Position numbers and translations under genes: made by a program
Shown here: piece by piece, positions 12,701-25,500 of the stretch
How the letters are laid out: the number at the start of each line of letters is the position of its first letter
Position numbering within the stretch: position 1 is the stretch's first letter
NCBI GenBank assembly: GCA_013265495.1
Contig: MU058289.1
Coordinates: 2,417,451-2,481,450, forward strand
Direction: 5' to 3'
Origin: Vicugna vicugna
Lineage: Eukaryota
Length of the DNA: 64,000 bases
The notes under the pieces: model-generated
The model's input: only the letters and a program-made list of their open reading frames with translations
Databases searched by the model: none
What the model was told of the DNA's origin: nothing

Positions 12701-15700
12701 GCATCTCAAAGGGAAAGGAAAAAGAAGACAGAGCTGAAAAAAAAATCAAAGAAATTACATCTGCAATTTTACCAAATTTGGCAAAAGACAGATTTAAAAA
12801 GCTAAGTGAATCCCAAGTAGGATTAAACCCAAAGGAATCTATACCCAGACACGTCGTAATTAAACTTTTGGTAAGTAGAGAGAAAGGAAAAATCTTGAAA
12901 GCCGTGAAAGAGAAATGATACCTTAGTTAGAGGGGGGGAAAGCAATCTGAATGACATTGGGTTCCTCATCAGAAACCACAGAGGTCAGAAAAAAAGTGAC
13001 ATGACAGTTTTCAAATGATGAAAGAAAAAAAAGTCAACCCAGATTCCTATATCCAGCAAAAATATCCTTCAGGAATGAAGAGGGAACCAAGACATTTCAG
13101 TTGAAGGAATACTAACAGAATTTGGTACCCTCAGACCTACCATAAAAGAATGGCTAAAGGAAATTTTTCTAAACAGAAGGAAGATCTTGAAAGAAGGAAA
13201 CTTGGAACATCAGAAAAGAAAACAGAACAGCATAAGCAAAAGTATGGGTAAACACAACAGACTCTCCTTCTCCTCCTGAGTTTTCTAAATTATATTTGAC
13301 AACATAAAAAAAGTTATAACAAAATACTTATGTTTATTCCTTGCAAGCTTCAAGATCAGTTGAGATTGTGAATTTTCAAAATTCTCTCACATGACCAGCT
13401 GTATCATTTGCAAGGCCCAGTGCAAAATTAAAATGCAAGGTCCAAGTTCCTCAAAGAGCTATACACAGTATTACCACATGATCCAGAAAATCCTCTCCTA
13501 GGTATGGAGCCAAAAGAATTGAAAGCAAGGACTTGAACAAATACTTATGCCAATGTTAACTGCAGCATTGTTCACAATAGCTAGGAGACAGAAGTAACTC
13601 AAGTGTTCCTCGACAGAAAAACAGATAAACAAAATGTGGTAGATACATAAAATAGAACATTATTTAGTCATAAAAAGAAATGAAATTCTAACACACGCTA
13701 TAACACAAAAGAACCTTAAAAACATGCTAAATGAAATAAGCTGGACACTAAAGGCCACATAATGTATGATTCCATTTATATGAAATACCCAGTATAAGCA
13801 AAGTTGTAGAGGTAGGAAATAGAACACTGGTTACTAGGGGCTAGGGTTGAAGTGGGTGGGGAATTATGGTTTAATGGGTCAGAATTTCTGTTCGGGTGAT
13901 GAAATGGTTTTGGAATAGATCGTGGTGATGGCTGCACGATATCATAAATGTAGTCAAGGTCAGGGAAATAACTTTAAAATGGTTAAAATAAAAATTTTGC
14001 CCTACATATTTTACCACAATTCAAAAAATAATAATATCCCCCAAACCACCGAATGGGAGACTTAAAATCGGTGACTTGCATGATATGCGTGAATTACATC
14101 TCAATAAAGCTATCAAGGCGGGAAGACCCATAAAAAGACTGGCAGAACCCCGAGGCAGAGCCGCTGCTCTCCTCCCACTAGCCTCCAGTTTCCTCGCCCA
14201 GAGGCTCTATCTCACTTTATGCCTCTAAAGTGGCTAACTTACACCTAGAATTCTATTGGTTCCCTGAGCTCACTTCTGGTTGGTTATTTCCTTCACTCCT
14301 GATTGGTTACTACTCTCACTTCTGATTGGTCCACTTCCCTAACTTCTGATTGGTCCATTTGTAGTACTTCATTTGCATGGAGCTCACTCCTGATTGGTCT
14401 ATTTCTACAAAGCTTGTTCCTGGTTGGTCAACTTCTGTTGTACTTTATTTGCATATGATGTTGCAAAGTGTAAAACTGGCAGCCTATAAAAGGCCTGTGT
14501 AGTAGTCCAGAGCTTGGAGTGTTAACTTCTCCGGGCCAGCTGTGGTAATAAACTTGAGTTCTCCAAGTCTGCAAGTGCTGCTTGACCTCGCTAGGATCTC
14601 TGTTGCTGTCATAACTGAGCTGTAGCACATTTTTCCACAACACTGTTAAGAAAAAAAGGCAGCCGGCAGGAAGAAAGCAGGGAAAGTGGTGGCTTCTGGG
14701 GAAACAATGGTTGTAAGACAGGTGAGAGAGAATTTTTCACTATTATTCTCTTGTACCTTTTAAATTTTGTACTGGGTTGCAGGTTTTACATTTTCCAAAA
14801 GTGAATTACGTATTTTTGAAATAAAAACACGCGAGGTCCCTGGTTCAAAAAGGAAGAATTTCAAGACCTTGACAGCAGAGCACTGAATCAAGTGTAAGCC
14901 CTTCTCTTTGCGGCGGGGAGGGGGGGTGTGTCTGTGTAAATTCAGAGGTTGCATGTCAGGAAGCCAGCCCTGCAAATTCATAAATGTGGGTCAAATATGC
15001 CATCAGATGTTTCCGTGAGTTCCCTTTCCGTCCTCACCGGGAAAACAATGCAGAGGGCTGGAGCTGCCCTCACCCTCCTCACTGCCACCACCGAGCAGCG
15101 CCAAGGGGCGGGGCAGGCGTCCTGCAGCCCCTTCCGACCCCGGTGTCCACGGGAATCCCTCTCCATAGCAGACCTGTGCTGAGACCACCGTGCAGCCTGT
15201 GCTAAGGACCTTTGTGTGCCATCTCGTTCAGTTTGCAGGTGAGGAAATTAAGGTCCAAGGTCACACAGGATGGGACCCTGCACACTCTTAACCCTTGGCC
15301 AGACCTCCACTGCCGCCCTACCCCTGGCCAGGCCAACAAGCAGGGTGGCAGGGCATATACACATTCTAGAATCCTGATTCCATGGCCCCCTAGAGAGGGC
15401 TGGCCACCCACCTGGTGCCACCAGCTAAGTGACCCTTGTGGGCCCTGGATTATCAGATCTTCCGTTTTCACAGGAGATGCAGGAAATCCACATTTGGGGA
15501 GAGGGTGGGCTCTGCACAATATTTTCCATTGTTGGCTCACATTGAAACAAGTGCATCTGAGGCCCGTCCCCACCCACAGGCCACAGCTGGAGGTTTCCCT
15601 CGGCATGGCTGTCTCCTTCCCTTTCTCCACCTCCAGCCTCCTCGTGGCACCAGCTGACCACAGTTGAAAATGCCCCACGTAGAAACTGGCTGGGGAGATG

Positions 15701-16512
15701 AAGGTGTGTGGGCCAAATCGAGAAGAGTGTGATGGGTATCCCTGCACCCCTCCCTGCTGCAGGATGCTGCCGGGCCCCCCAGGGCCTCCTCACTTGGTGA
15801 TGGTGAGCAGCGTGGCCTGGGATGTAATATCCCATATCTTGATGCTCCTGTCCAACGAGACGGAAGCCACCCTCTGGCTGTCGGGGTCAAAGCAACATGA
15901 GGTAACCGACATCCTGTGATGATCTGAGGCACAGAGAAAGGGACTCTCATTACCATGCTTTCCACATTCTGGGCCACGTGTTCCATGGGGCACAGAGGCT
16001 CACACCACTTTCCCAGACAGGGACAATATTACAGAAACTCAGCTCTGGCTTTCACAAGGGACTGTGCGCTTGTGCAAACATTTCCTGAGTGCCTGCTGTG
16101 TACCAGACTTTGAACAAGGAGCATTGCCCCTTGCCTCCTGCGCCCCTGCAGAGCTTCCAGGTAGATGGGGAGACACCCTTAAGCAGGCAACGATTCGAGG
16201 CATCCATCACAGCTCCCAGCCAGCAGAAGGAAGCTTGGTACAGCTCTGAGAGGTCGAAGAAGGGACCTAAAAGTTATCAGGGGAAGCAGGAAAGGAAGAG
16301 TGCTGCAGGAGCAAGAACAGCATGTGCAAAGGCCCAGAGCAGGGATAGAGCATGGAGATGGATGGTGTGCACCTAGAACTCAGAGAATGAGCAGCAGACT
16401 GTGAGGTGATACGTTAAGGGGAAAATGCAAGCCGTGGGGAAGTGCCCATATCATGGTTTCATGTTGATAAAAATAAACATACAATATGTATGGGAAGTAG
16501 TGCTGTGTGTAT

Positions 16513-16550
<38 letters not shown>

Positions 16551-19500
16551 AGGCCATCTGGCAATGTATCATTAATAGGTACCTCTGGGGAGGAGACAGG
16601 ACAGGTACAGTGGCCTGGCACTTTTTACTTTATACCCTTACCAAATTTTTTTTACAATGATTATATATATTTTAACTATTTATTTATTTATTCCCCTTAA
16701 TAGAGGCACTGGCGATAGAACACAGGACCTCGTGCATGCCGTGCACGCCAAGCACACGCTCTACCACTGAGCTATATTGCCCACCCCCAACTTTTTATTT
16801 TTAGATAACTGTCAACTCACATGCAGTTGTAAGGAATAATACAGAGAGATCCTGTCTGCCAGTCACCCAGTTTCCCCGGTAACATCTTGCATAATGATTG
16901 CACAGGGTCACAACCCAGAAATTGACATCTGATTTTTTTTTCGTAGATGCCATTTTAGTCTTTTTAATTATCTAACTTTTTTCTTTCTACAAAACAATTA
17001 ATCATGATAATATTGCTCATCATCAGTATGTGGAAAGCACTAAAATAAATATGTGCATTATTCACAATCATCATCATTATTATTTTTATATTTAAAAATA
17101 CAGATAAAAATGTTAAGAACTCAGTAAAGACTGGGCTTTAAATGCCCATGTGAGGCTGAAGCAGAACACTGTTTCATTTATTACAAGCACAAGACTGAAC
17201 GGAAAAGCCTTAACCAGTCTTGGTTTTAACTGCCTGTGCTTTCACCAATCAGTGTCTTTAATGTTGTGGTTCATAGCACTGCATGGTCACCAAATAAAGC
17301 AATTGAAAGTCACTGTCAGCAAGTGACAAGTGGCTGTTCCTCTAACAGGCAGAACAGAGCAGGGAGCCCACGCGATCTTACCTTTGATGTGGGACACGGT
17401 GGTGGTGTCTTCTGCATCTGTTACACAGATTCCACGATCCACATCCAAGCCTGAGACCACGTATTTACCATCAGGGGAGAACTTACAGGAGACTACGAAG
17501 GTTTCATGACTGAGCTTCCACTGAAATAGAGCAACAATGAAAAAGTTTTTTCTCCAGCCCAGCATTCCAGCAGAACTTTCTAAAATGTTCTATCTATGCG
17601 CTGCCCAATATGCTAGCCACTGGCCACACGTGGTCATTGAGTACCTGTAACAGGCTAGTGCAAATAAGGAACTGAATTTTTGTTCATTAGTTTTAATGAA
17701 TTACTATAATTAATAAGTGCAATTAACTGAGTGTCCAGGACAGATGAACAAGGATAGAGAGCACTTAGCAGGGCTGATAAGCAAGGTTCTAGTCATAGCC
17801 AACTTTATTGCTGTTCAGTTTGGTAAACTAGTGTTTATTGAGTATCCAGCCTGTGGCCAAGTCCCTGCAGCCCCAGTCCCTTCGCCATCTCACAGTCCCC
17901 TGTGGAGGCTGGCACCAAACCATAAGAAGGGGACAGAGAGTTATTCAGCATTCCAGGAAAGGAAGATCTCTCTGGATGTTGTAAACTATGGAATCGCCAT
18001 TGTGACAGTTGCCCACCAATTCTCTGACAGTCCTCCCTCCACATGGTGGTGGCTAATTACCCTCCCTGTGAGTGTGGGCTAAACTCAGTGACTCACTTCT
18101 TTGAATAGAATATGGCAGAAGTGATTGTGTGTGACTAGGTCATGAAAGAAACCAGGGCTTCCTCCTTGCTCTCTCTTGAATCACCTGCTCTGGGGGAGTG
18201 AACAGCCATATCCTGAGGACACCTATGAGAGACCTGGGTGGAGAGGAACGGAGGGCTCCTGGCAATAGCCATGTGAGTGCACCATTTTGGGAGGGACCCT
18301 CAGCCCCAGCTGAGCCTTCGGATGACTGTAGCCCCAGATGACATCGTGACCCATGACCCCAAAAGAGACCTGAGCCAGAACCATCTGCTCCTAGATTTCT
18401 GTCAGAATCTGTGTGAGACAATACATGCTCATTGTTTGAAACTAAGTTTTGGGGAAATTTGTCAGGCATCAGTGGACAACTAACTCGGCCCTATAGTTGG
18501 CAAGTGGCATGGATGGCTTGTGCAACAAAAATACATAAAGATAGTAAAAAGGAAAGTTTAAGGAAGAGAAGGAAAAGCATCCCAAAGAGAAAAACCAACT
18601 AGAGACGAGAGCAGGACATTTACATGAGAAGAAATAAGCATTTGGGAAAATGCTCAAAGTCAGACATAATCGATGTTAGTATATAATGACACTGTATTGT
18701 AAATAGAACATCCTTGGCTGTGTTCATGTGTGACCTGTGTTCAGGAAAAGAGACATGAAAATGTCAACTGCAATCTCTAGGCGTTGTTTTACAGGTTTTG
18801 TTTCCGTTTTTTTTTTTAACTTGGCAGGAGAGGGAGGGGGTCCTGGGCCAGTTTGGATGGATGGATGGTGGTCCCTCCAAGATGGAGAAAAGATGGGGGA
18901 GAGCCCTGAAGCCTCGTGCTTTGGTCCCACGTGGCCTTGGTCCCACAGCCTCAGCTCTACTTCCTGCTGCATCAAAGGCAAGCATCCCACAGGGGAGGGT
19001 CTCTTTTCCCACGCAGTTTCTTCAGCCTGGAATGGCATGCTCCCTACCCCCCAACTCCACCTCTTTCCATATATCCATCCTCCCCATCCTTCAAGCAGAG
19101 CCCTCCTTCTGCCAACTCCAGGAAGCTTGCCTTCCTTGAAGCCCATCCTCCATCACTTTGGGTCCCTGAGAAAACTCTCCTTTCCTGGGAGACTGGCTTC
19201 TCTTCCCCCTCCACTCCCAGCTCAAGACCACCTAATGCCCAGTCAAGACCCTGCGCTGTGACGTCTCCACTGGGGCAGAGCGTACATACCAGCAGCTTGC
19301 CTGTTTCCAGATCCCAAGCCCTCACTGTTTTGTCATAGGATGCTGCAATAATTCTGGAAAGAAAATGACAAACATAGGGTCTTAATGACCCACCCAATTA
19401 TGCCAGTGGCTTCTATTTTAAAAATCATAGAAAAAAATTCTTCATAGAAAATGTCTATAGTTTAAGGACCAAGATTGCAAATAACACCCGAATCTTTCTA

Positions 19501-22500
19501 AAGATGCTCCATGTGCCCCCTCCCTGGAGAACAGGGGGTTCTCACTGAGAGAGCCTAACACAGAAGGCACCATAGCACCGTTCTCTTCCTTAATCCCTCA
19601 GCCATCCAAATGTGCTCTTTTATATCCAGAGCGTCAAAGGCATCATTTCTTCTGTTCTGTAATTGTCTCCTGTAATTGACTGCAGAAGGATATCAACAAC
19701 TCATAAAGATCCATCACTTCTTCCCCTGCTCACATGTCTAGATTTTTACAGGAAAAGACCTTCAAAGCTCATTTCATTCGGAAATGTTTTCTCGTACATT
19801 TTGTAAAATAATATAAGTTGTGTTCTTACAGGGCATGTTTCTGTGGCGATCTTTGTCGTCTATATACGATGAATTCCCGTGAAATGTGAATTCCCATGCT
19901 AGTTTTCACTAGGACCCTGATTTTGTAGCTGTGGGTAAAAGTAAATCTATTTTAAAGCAAATGCCCTATCTTTTAAAGGCCTGTCTCACATCACTTTGAG
20001 GGGCAAATTCAAATACATCCTGGAGGCTCGTGTCTGCCTGTCCTGCCTCCCAGCCCTGACCCACCCCCAGGACCCCAGGTGACACTCGCACGCCTCTGCT
20101 TCCTGGGCCTTGGTTTCCCCTGAAATGAGGGCCTGGACTGAATTGCTAATGTGTGATTGCAGGAAGGAAACTCTGAAGAACATTCAGAGTGGCTTTGCAT
20201 CAGCCACAATAAATTCTGTCTTTCTAGCATTTTAAGTTCTCAAAGAGCTGTCATGTCTACTTGATTCCCACCGTGAGAGATGGAAACCATGAGATCAGTA
20301 TATGGGAATAAGGTCGGGTATTTGCTTAGAGACCACTACGCTGTCCCCGGCGTGCCGCACTCCGGCCCGCCCTGCCCGCTCACCTTCCTGAGCAGAGTGA
20401 AATGAAGGAGAGTCACCTTCTGCTGTCAGCCGTGACACTGCACTCTAAAACAGGAGCTCCAGGCTCAGGCTCAAAATTCCGAACAACAGATCCATCCACA
20501 GCATCCTCAAGTCAGCAGGAGAGAGGGGGAGAGAGACACAGGTCACTGAGGCATTGGTTGAAGCTGTGAACTGAGTTCCACATCAGCCCTGGGCGTGTCT
20601 ACAACAGCAAAGGATGAGAACCCACGGTCCTCCAATTCTCACCCAACTCAGAGGGGCGAAAGGACTTCCTCAGCACTCCCGGAGCTAGGAGGATGCCTTC
20701 ACCATCCATAGCATCCCGGGAAGCTCCCCCTCAGTCCCACAATGGCTGATGAAACCGGCCACTCTGGGGGCAGAGCTGCAAACAGATCATTTTCTTGTTC
20801 TTTACTGGCCAAAGAGGCTTCGTGGAAGCTAGCAATATCTTTCAAGGACTTTTAAAAAGTTCACACTGTTTGACCTGAGCAAGTCGACTCAGAAGAATCT
20901 CTCCTAAGGAAATCATCGGAATTGTGAAAAGGTTTGTCATATGTTACAGGGGACAGAACAGCAAACACACAAGCAACAATCTCCGTCCACCAGAAGGGGG
21001 CAGTTACAATGAATTCTAGCACATCCAACAGCAGGGCCTGAGCAACTGTTATCACGCTGAAGGGTAATAACTAGAGAATATGATGAGAACAGAACAGGGT
21101 AATAACTGAGAAGGTGATGGGAACAGAGCAGGGTAATAACTAGACAATATCATGGGAACAGAGCGGGGTACCAAAGTGAAGTGCCTGCTGTGGCCGAGAC
21201 AAAATACTTCCAGTAAGAAATATGCCCACAGCTTTTCAGGATAAGCAGGGGTGGAAAGTCCCCTTGAAACAAATGTTATTGGTAAGACAACAAATTCCTA
21301 GAGAGGCCTTGTGTTGTTACGTGAAATTATAGTGCACGGTTAGGGGAGTGTTTGGCCTGACCAGGGCCAGCCTGGGACAACTCCCCCTGCTACGCAGGGA
21401 CCACTTTGCCTTAAGACTCCAAGCCTGCTGGGAGGCAGAGGGCCCTGGGTCAGGGGTCCCCAAGACCACCCTCAGGACTGGGGATTCTCCAGGACTCACA
21501 GGGCTCCACATATAGTCTTACTCACAGCTAAGACTTACTACCACCAACGGACACAAAAGCAAAATCAGCAAAGGTGAGGTCTGGAGGAAACCAGGCGTTG
21601 CTTCCAAGAGTCTCTCCCTGTGGTCACACGGGACATGCTTATTCCTCCAGCAACCAGCTGTAACAATGCCTGCAATGTGTTGTCCACAAGGGAGGTGTGC
21701 CTGGGCCCTGGGGCCCAGGTTTTTATGGGGGCTGGTCACACAGGCACTCTCCAACATGTACCAAAATCCCAGACTTCCAGAAGGACAGCAGGTATTCAGC
21801 ACCAACCACATGGTTTGCATGCACAGCCCAGGCACAGCAAGCCCCCCTTATCACCCAGGGAAATTTTCATATGACTGTAGGACACTGTTTACCAGTCCAG
21901 TTCCCAGATGCCAGCCAAGGCCAGCCTTGCCAGTGGGCCTTTCCAAGGACAGCAGTCCAGGCCCACTATGTGAACTCTTTTCTGCGCAGACCCATCCCCC
22001 AATCTCTGCTCCATAGACTTGAAACAGCGGGGTCATACTTGGGTGAACCCAGTAGGCCCTAATCAAAGCCCACGGGCAGGAAGAGATCCCAAAGAGGAAC
22101 TCATCAGAGCAGGACACATCCAGGCTAGACAGCCAGTTCTCGAGCCCAATGGTTTGGGAAGAGAACTGGCTCTGACAGCCTGTGATCCAGCCTCCCCGGC
22201 TGGTGTGTTGCTCTAGGACAAACATGTGACTGGAAGCTAAGAACATAATCATGGTGGGGCCTGGGGCTGAGGCCCACTGCAATCTGTGCAGGGCCCAGGG
22301 TCAGTGATGGGCAGCAATGGAATGGACGGGTGTCCATTGGGCTGCGTGGGCTCAGTGTTCAACAGTGACACCATATGGCCAAGAGAAGGAACAGCAACCA
22401 TGGACAGGTGACCCTCCTGGAAAATGTGTGCAGGAGGAATACTGTGACTGGAGAAGGTGACATGTAGGGTAATGGCTTGGTCATTCTCGGAAGGGAGCGC

Positions 22501-25500
22501 TGGTGTCCTGAGAGCTGCGGCTGGTTCAGGGAAAGCCACAGGAGGAGCCCGGAGCACAGAGAAAGACGGGGAAAGGGGAGCCAGGAGGAGGAAAGAGGAT
22601 TCCGTAGAGGGGTAGGTTCATGGGGCCAGCCCAGGCAGAGAGACCAGAGAACTGGCAATTCAGCAAAGAGAAGGAGCAACCTGGAGAAGATGGCAGAAGG
22701 GCGTAGGGCTGGGAGTGAGTCAGGTATTGAGGACCCTTGGGCAGGCTGAAGTGACCACATCCTGGACAGGGCATGGAATCTGCAGGGAGCAAGGGCAGTG
22801 AGGCTGCTGTGAGGAACCAAGGGTGTCTCGATGGATGGTCCCTAATCTTGGGACAACAAGAGAAAACGGAGATTTCCACTTAGAGAGACAGGAGCCCTTT
22901 GGCCAAGACAGACAGAAACCCCTGTGAGCCCTTTCACTGACTCAGAAGGTGAGAATGTGGGAAGGATCTGAAGATGGCAAAGCAAAATGCAACCTGGGAA
23001 AGTCACCATCCCCGCTTCCCCTGGGCGATGACAACCAGCAGAGACCCTCCCTCATCCCTGGGCCTTCTCAGTCACCCCAAGGCCCTGGAAAGGGCTTAAG
23101 GCTCCCAGAGCTTTCCCAACAAGAAGATCATGGGGGGCAGGGTTGGATTTTAGAAGGGCCACCAAAGAGGTGGGAGTGGATGTCTGTCAGAACCTGGTAG
23201 GGGCCAGGCAGGCCCTGGGGAAGCCCCAACACGCAGCTGATCCTATGGGGCACAGGGAATTTCAGGGAGGCCCAGGAGGACATTAACCACCCAGAGTCAC
23301 ACAGCCAGTGGGTTCCTAGTGTGGCGCCTGAACCACTTGGACAGTTCCCAAACCCTCCTGCCTAGCCTGCCTGGGTGGTACCCACTGATGACATAGAAGA
23401 CGTGCCTCCAAAGTTGCCTGGAGGGTGAGGAGCTATCCTCCACCTGATTACCTGACCCAGAACCCAGGAACCAGCCTGACTCGCTCCACCCTGTCCCCCT
23501 CCTGTCCCCGAAGCTAGAGGAGACAGCAAAACTTAGAACTGACTGTCCTCCCCAGTGGGCCCAGCCCCAACCAGACGGTCATCTGTCGCATGGCCCCTGA
23601 TGGCCATTGCCACCTCCCAGCTCTGCTCCTGCCTTACCTGCTCCTGACTGACCAGCAATGCCCCCAAACAGAACTGCCAGAGTCTGCCGGCTGTGCCCAG
23701 AAGACTTTAGAGAAGTTTTGGTGGCCACTTTGCTGCGCCTTCATCTGGCCATGACACCCCTGTTCTTTGTGCCCTGCTTCCTTGGGGCACTGATCTGCAC
23801 TCAGGCTTGCCTCTCCCAGTCACCCCTCATGGACAGGTCCCAAGTCTGGCCACTTTTCTGTCCTCTGTGATCACCCATCTCTGTGGATGGAACTGAACTT
23901 TCCGAAGAAGAAGACCCAGCTCAGAGATTCCTGATAGGCCCCCGGCGAGCTCCCAGTCCAGTGGTCTCCTGTTCCTGCTGTTTCCAAATCAACAGGCTGA
24001 TAGCAGCTACACTAACCTCATCTCTCTCCAGGGGCTTGACACTAGGGTGAGCCCTCACTTTGCTTCTTCTTGCACTTTGCTCAGAAAGACCCCTCCAAAT
24101 CTTTGGGATCCTTGAATGTCTGGAAACTCAGTACTGGGGAACTCTCCACAAGAGGTGACATAGGCTTACAGGATGTTTTGGTTCCAGCTAACACCAGGCC
24201 ACCTACCCACAGCTTCACGGTGCAGTCATAGGAGCCACTGAGGAGCTTTGTGTCATCCACACAAAAGTGACAGGAACTCACAATGTGCTGGTGTCCCTTC
24301 ATAATTTTAAAAGGGATCTGAAGAAAGAATAGACTGAATAAGTTCAGCAGATGACAGAATACCAGACTGATATTTTAAAAGTCAATAATATTTCTATACA
24401 ATTGGAATGAACAGTCCAGAAAAAAAATTAAGAAAAAAACCCCTGCATTTATAAAAGCATAGGAATAAATTTAGCAAAAAAAGCATAAAACTTGTACTCT
24501 GAAAATTAGCAAACATTGTTAAAATAAATTTTAAAAGACTTAAATAAATGGAAAGGCATCCCATGTTCATGGATTAGCAGACTTACTATTCTTATGAAAC
24601 TACCCTCCCAAATGATCTAAAGATTCAACACTATCCCATCAAAATCCCAGCAGACTTCTTTTCCAAAACTGACAAGCTGATCCTAAAATGTATATAGAAG
24701 CTCAAGGACAGCAGAACAGCCAAAACAATCTTGAAAAAGAACAAAGGTAGAGGACTCACAATTCCCAATTTTAAAACAATTTTCAAAACATACAAAGAGA
24801 CTGTAATCAAGACTGTGTAGTACTGACATAAGGATAGACATATAAATCGATGGAATAGGATTGAGAATCTAGAAATAAGCATTCACATTTTTGGACACTT
24901 GATTTTCAACAAGGGTGCCAAGATAATTAAAAAGGGAAAGAAAAATCTTTTCAACAAGGCGTGCTGGGACAAGTGAATATCCACATGCAAAAGAATGAAG
25001 TGGGACCCTTCCCTCACATCACACACAAAAATTAACTCAATAATGGATCAAAGACCTAAGTGTGAGAGTCAAAATGACAAGACCCTTAGAAGAAAACACG
25101 GGTGTAATTCTTTGTGAGTTTGCACTAGGCAGTGGTTTCTGAGATGTGACAACAGAAGTACCAGAGCAGCAAGAACAGCAACAGCAGCAGTGACACACTG
25201 GACATTATCAAAATTAAAAACTTTTGTGCTTCAAAGGATGCCATCGAGAAGGTGAAAAACAACCGGCCCAATGGAAGAAGAGTTTTGCATATCATATATC
25301 AGGTAAGGGACTCGTATCTAGAATATATTTAAAAAAACTCTTAAAACTCAACAATAAAGAAACAAACAACCCAATTTAAAAGTAAGCAAAAGATGATGTG
25401 ACGTTCACAATTCAAAGGCACAGGTTTACCAAAAGATGGAGACCTAATCAGACAACTACAGGATGCTTCTCCTCCTCCTGCACCTTACGATCACATTACT

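Noticed and set aside
21061..21170. Regularly spaced 35-bp repeats (CRISPR-like)
   Set aside because: There are no unique spacers and the context is eukaryotic; this is a simple minisatellite.
14949..23200. Many overlapping 60-180 aa ORFs in GC-rich WDR88 introns
   Set aside because: Apart from the real exons embedded in them, they are Pro/Gly/Ser-rich chance frames, often with non-ATG starts.
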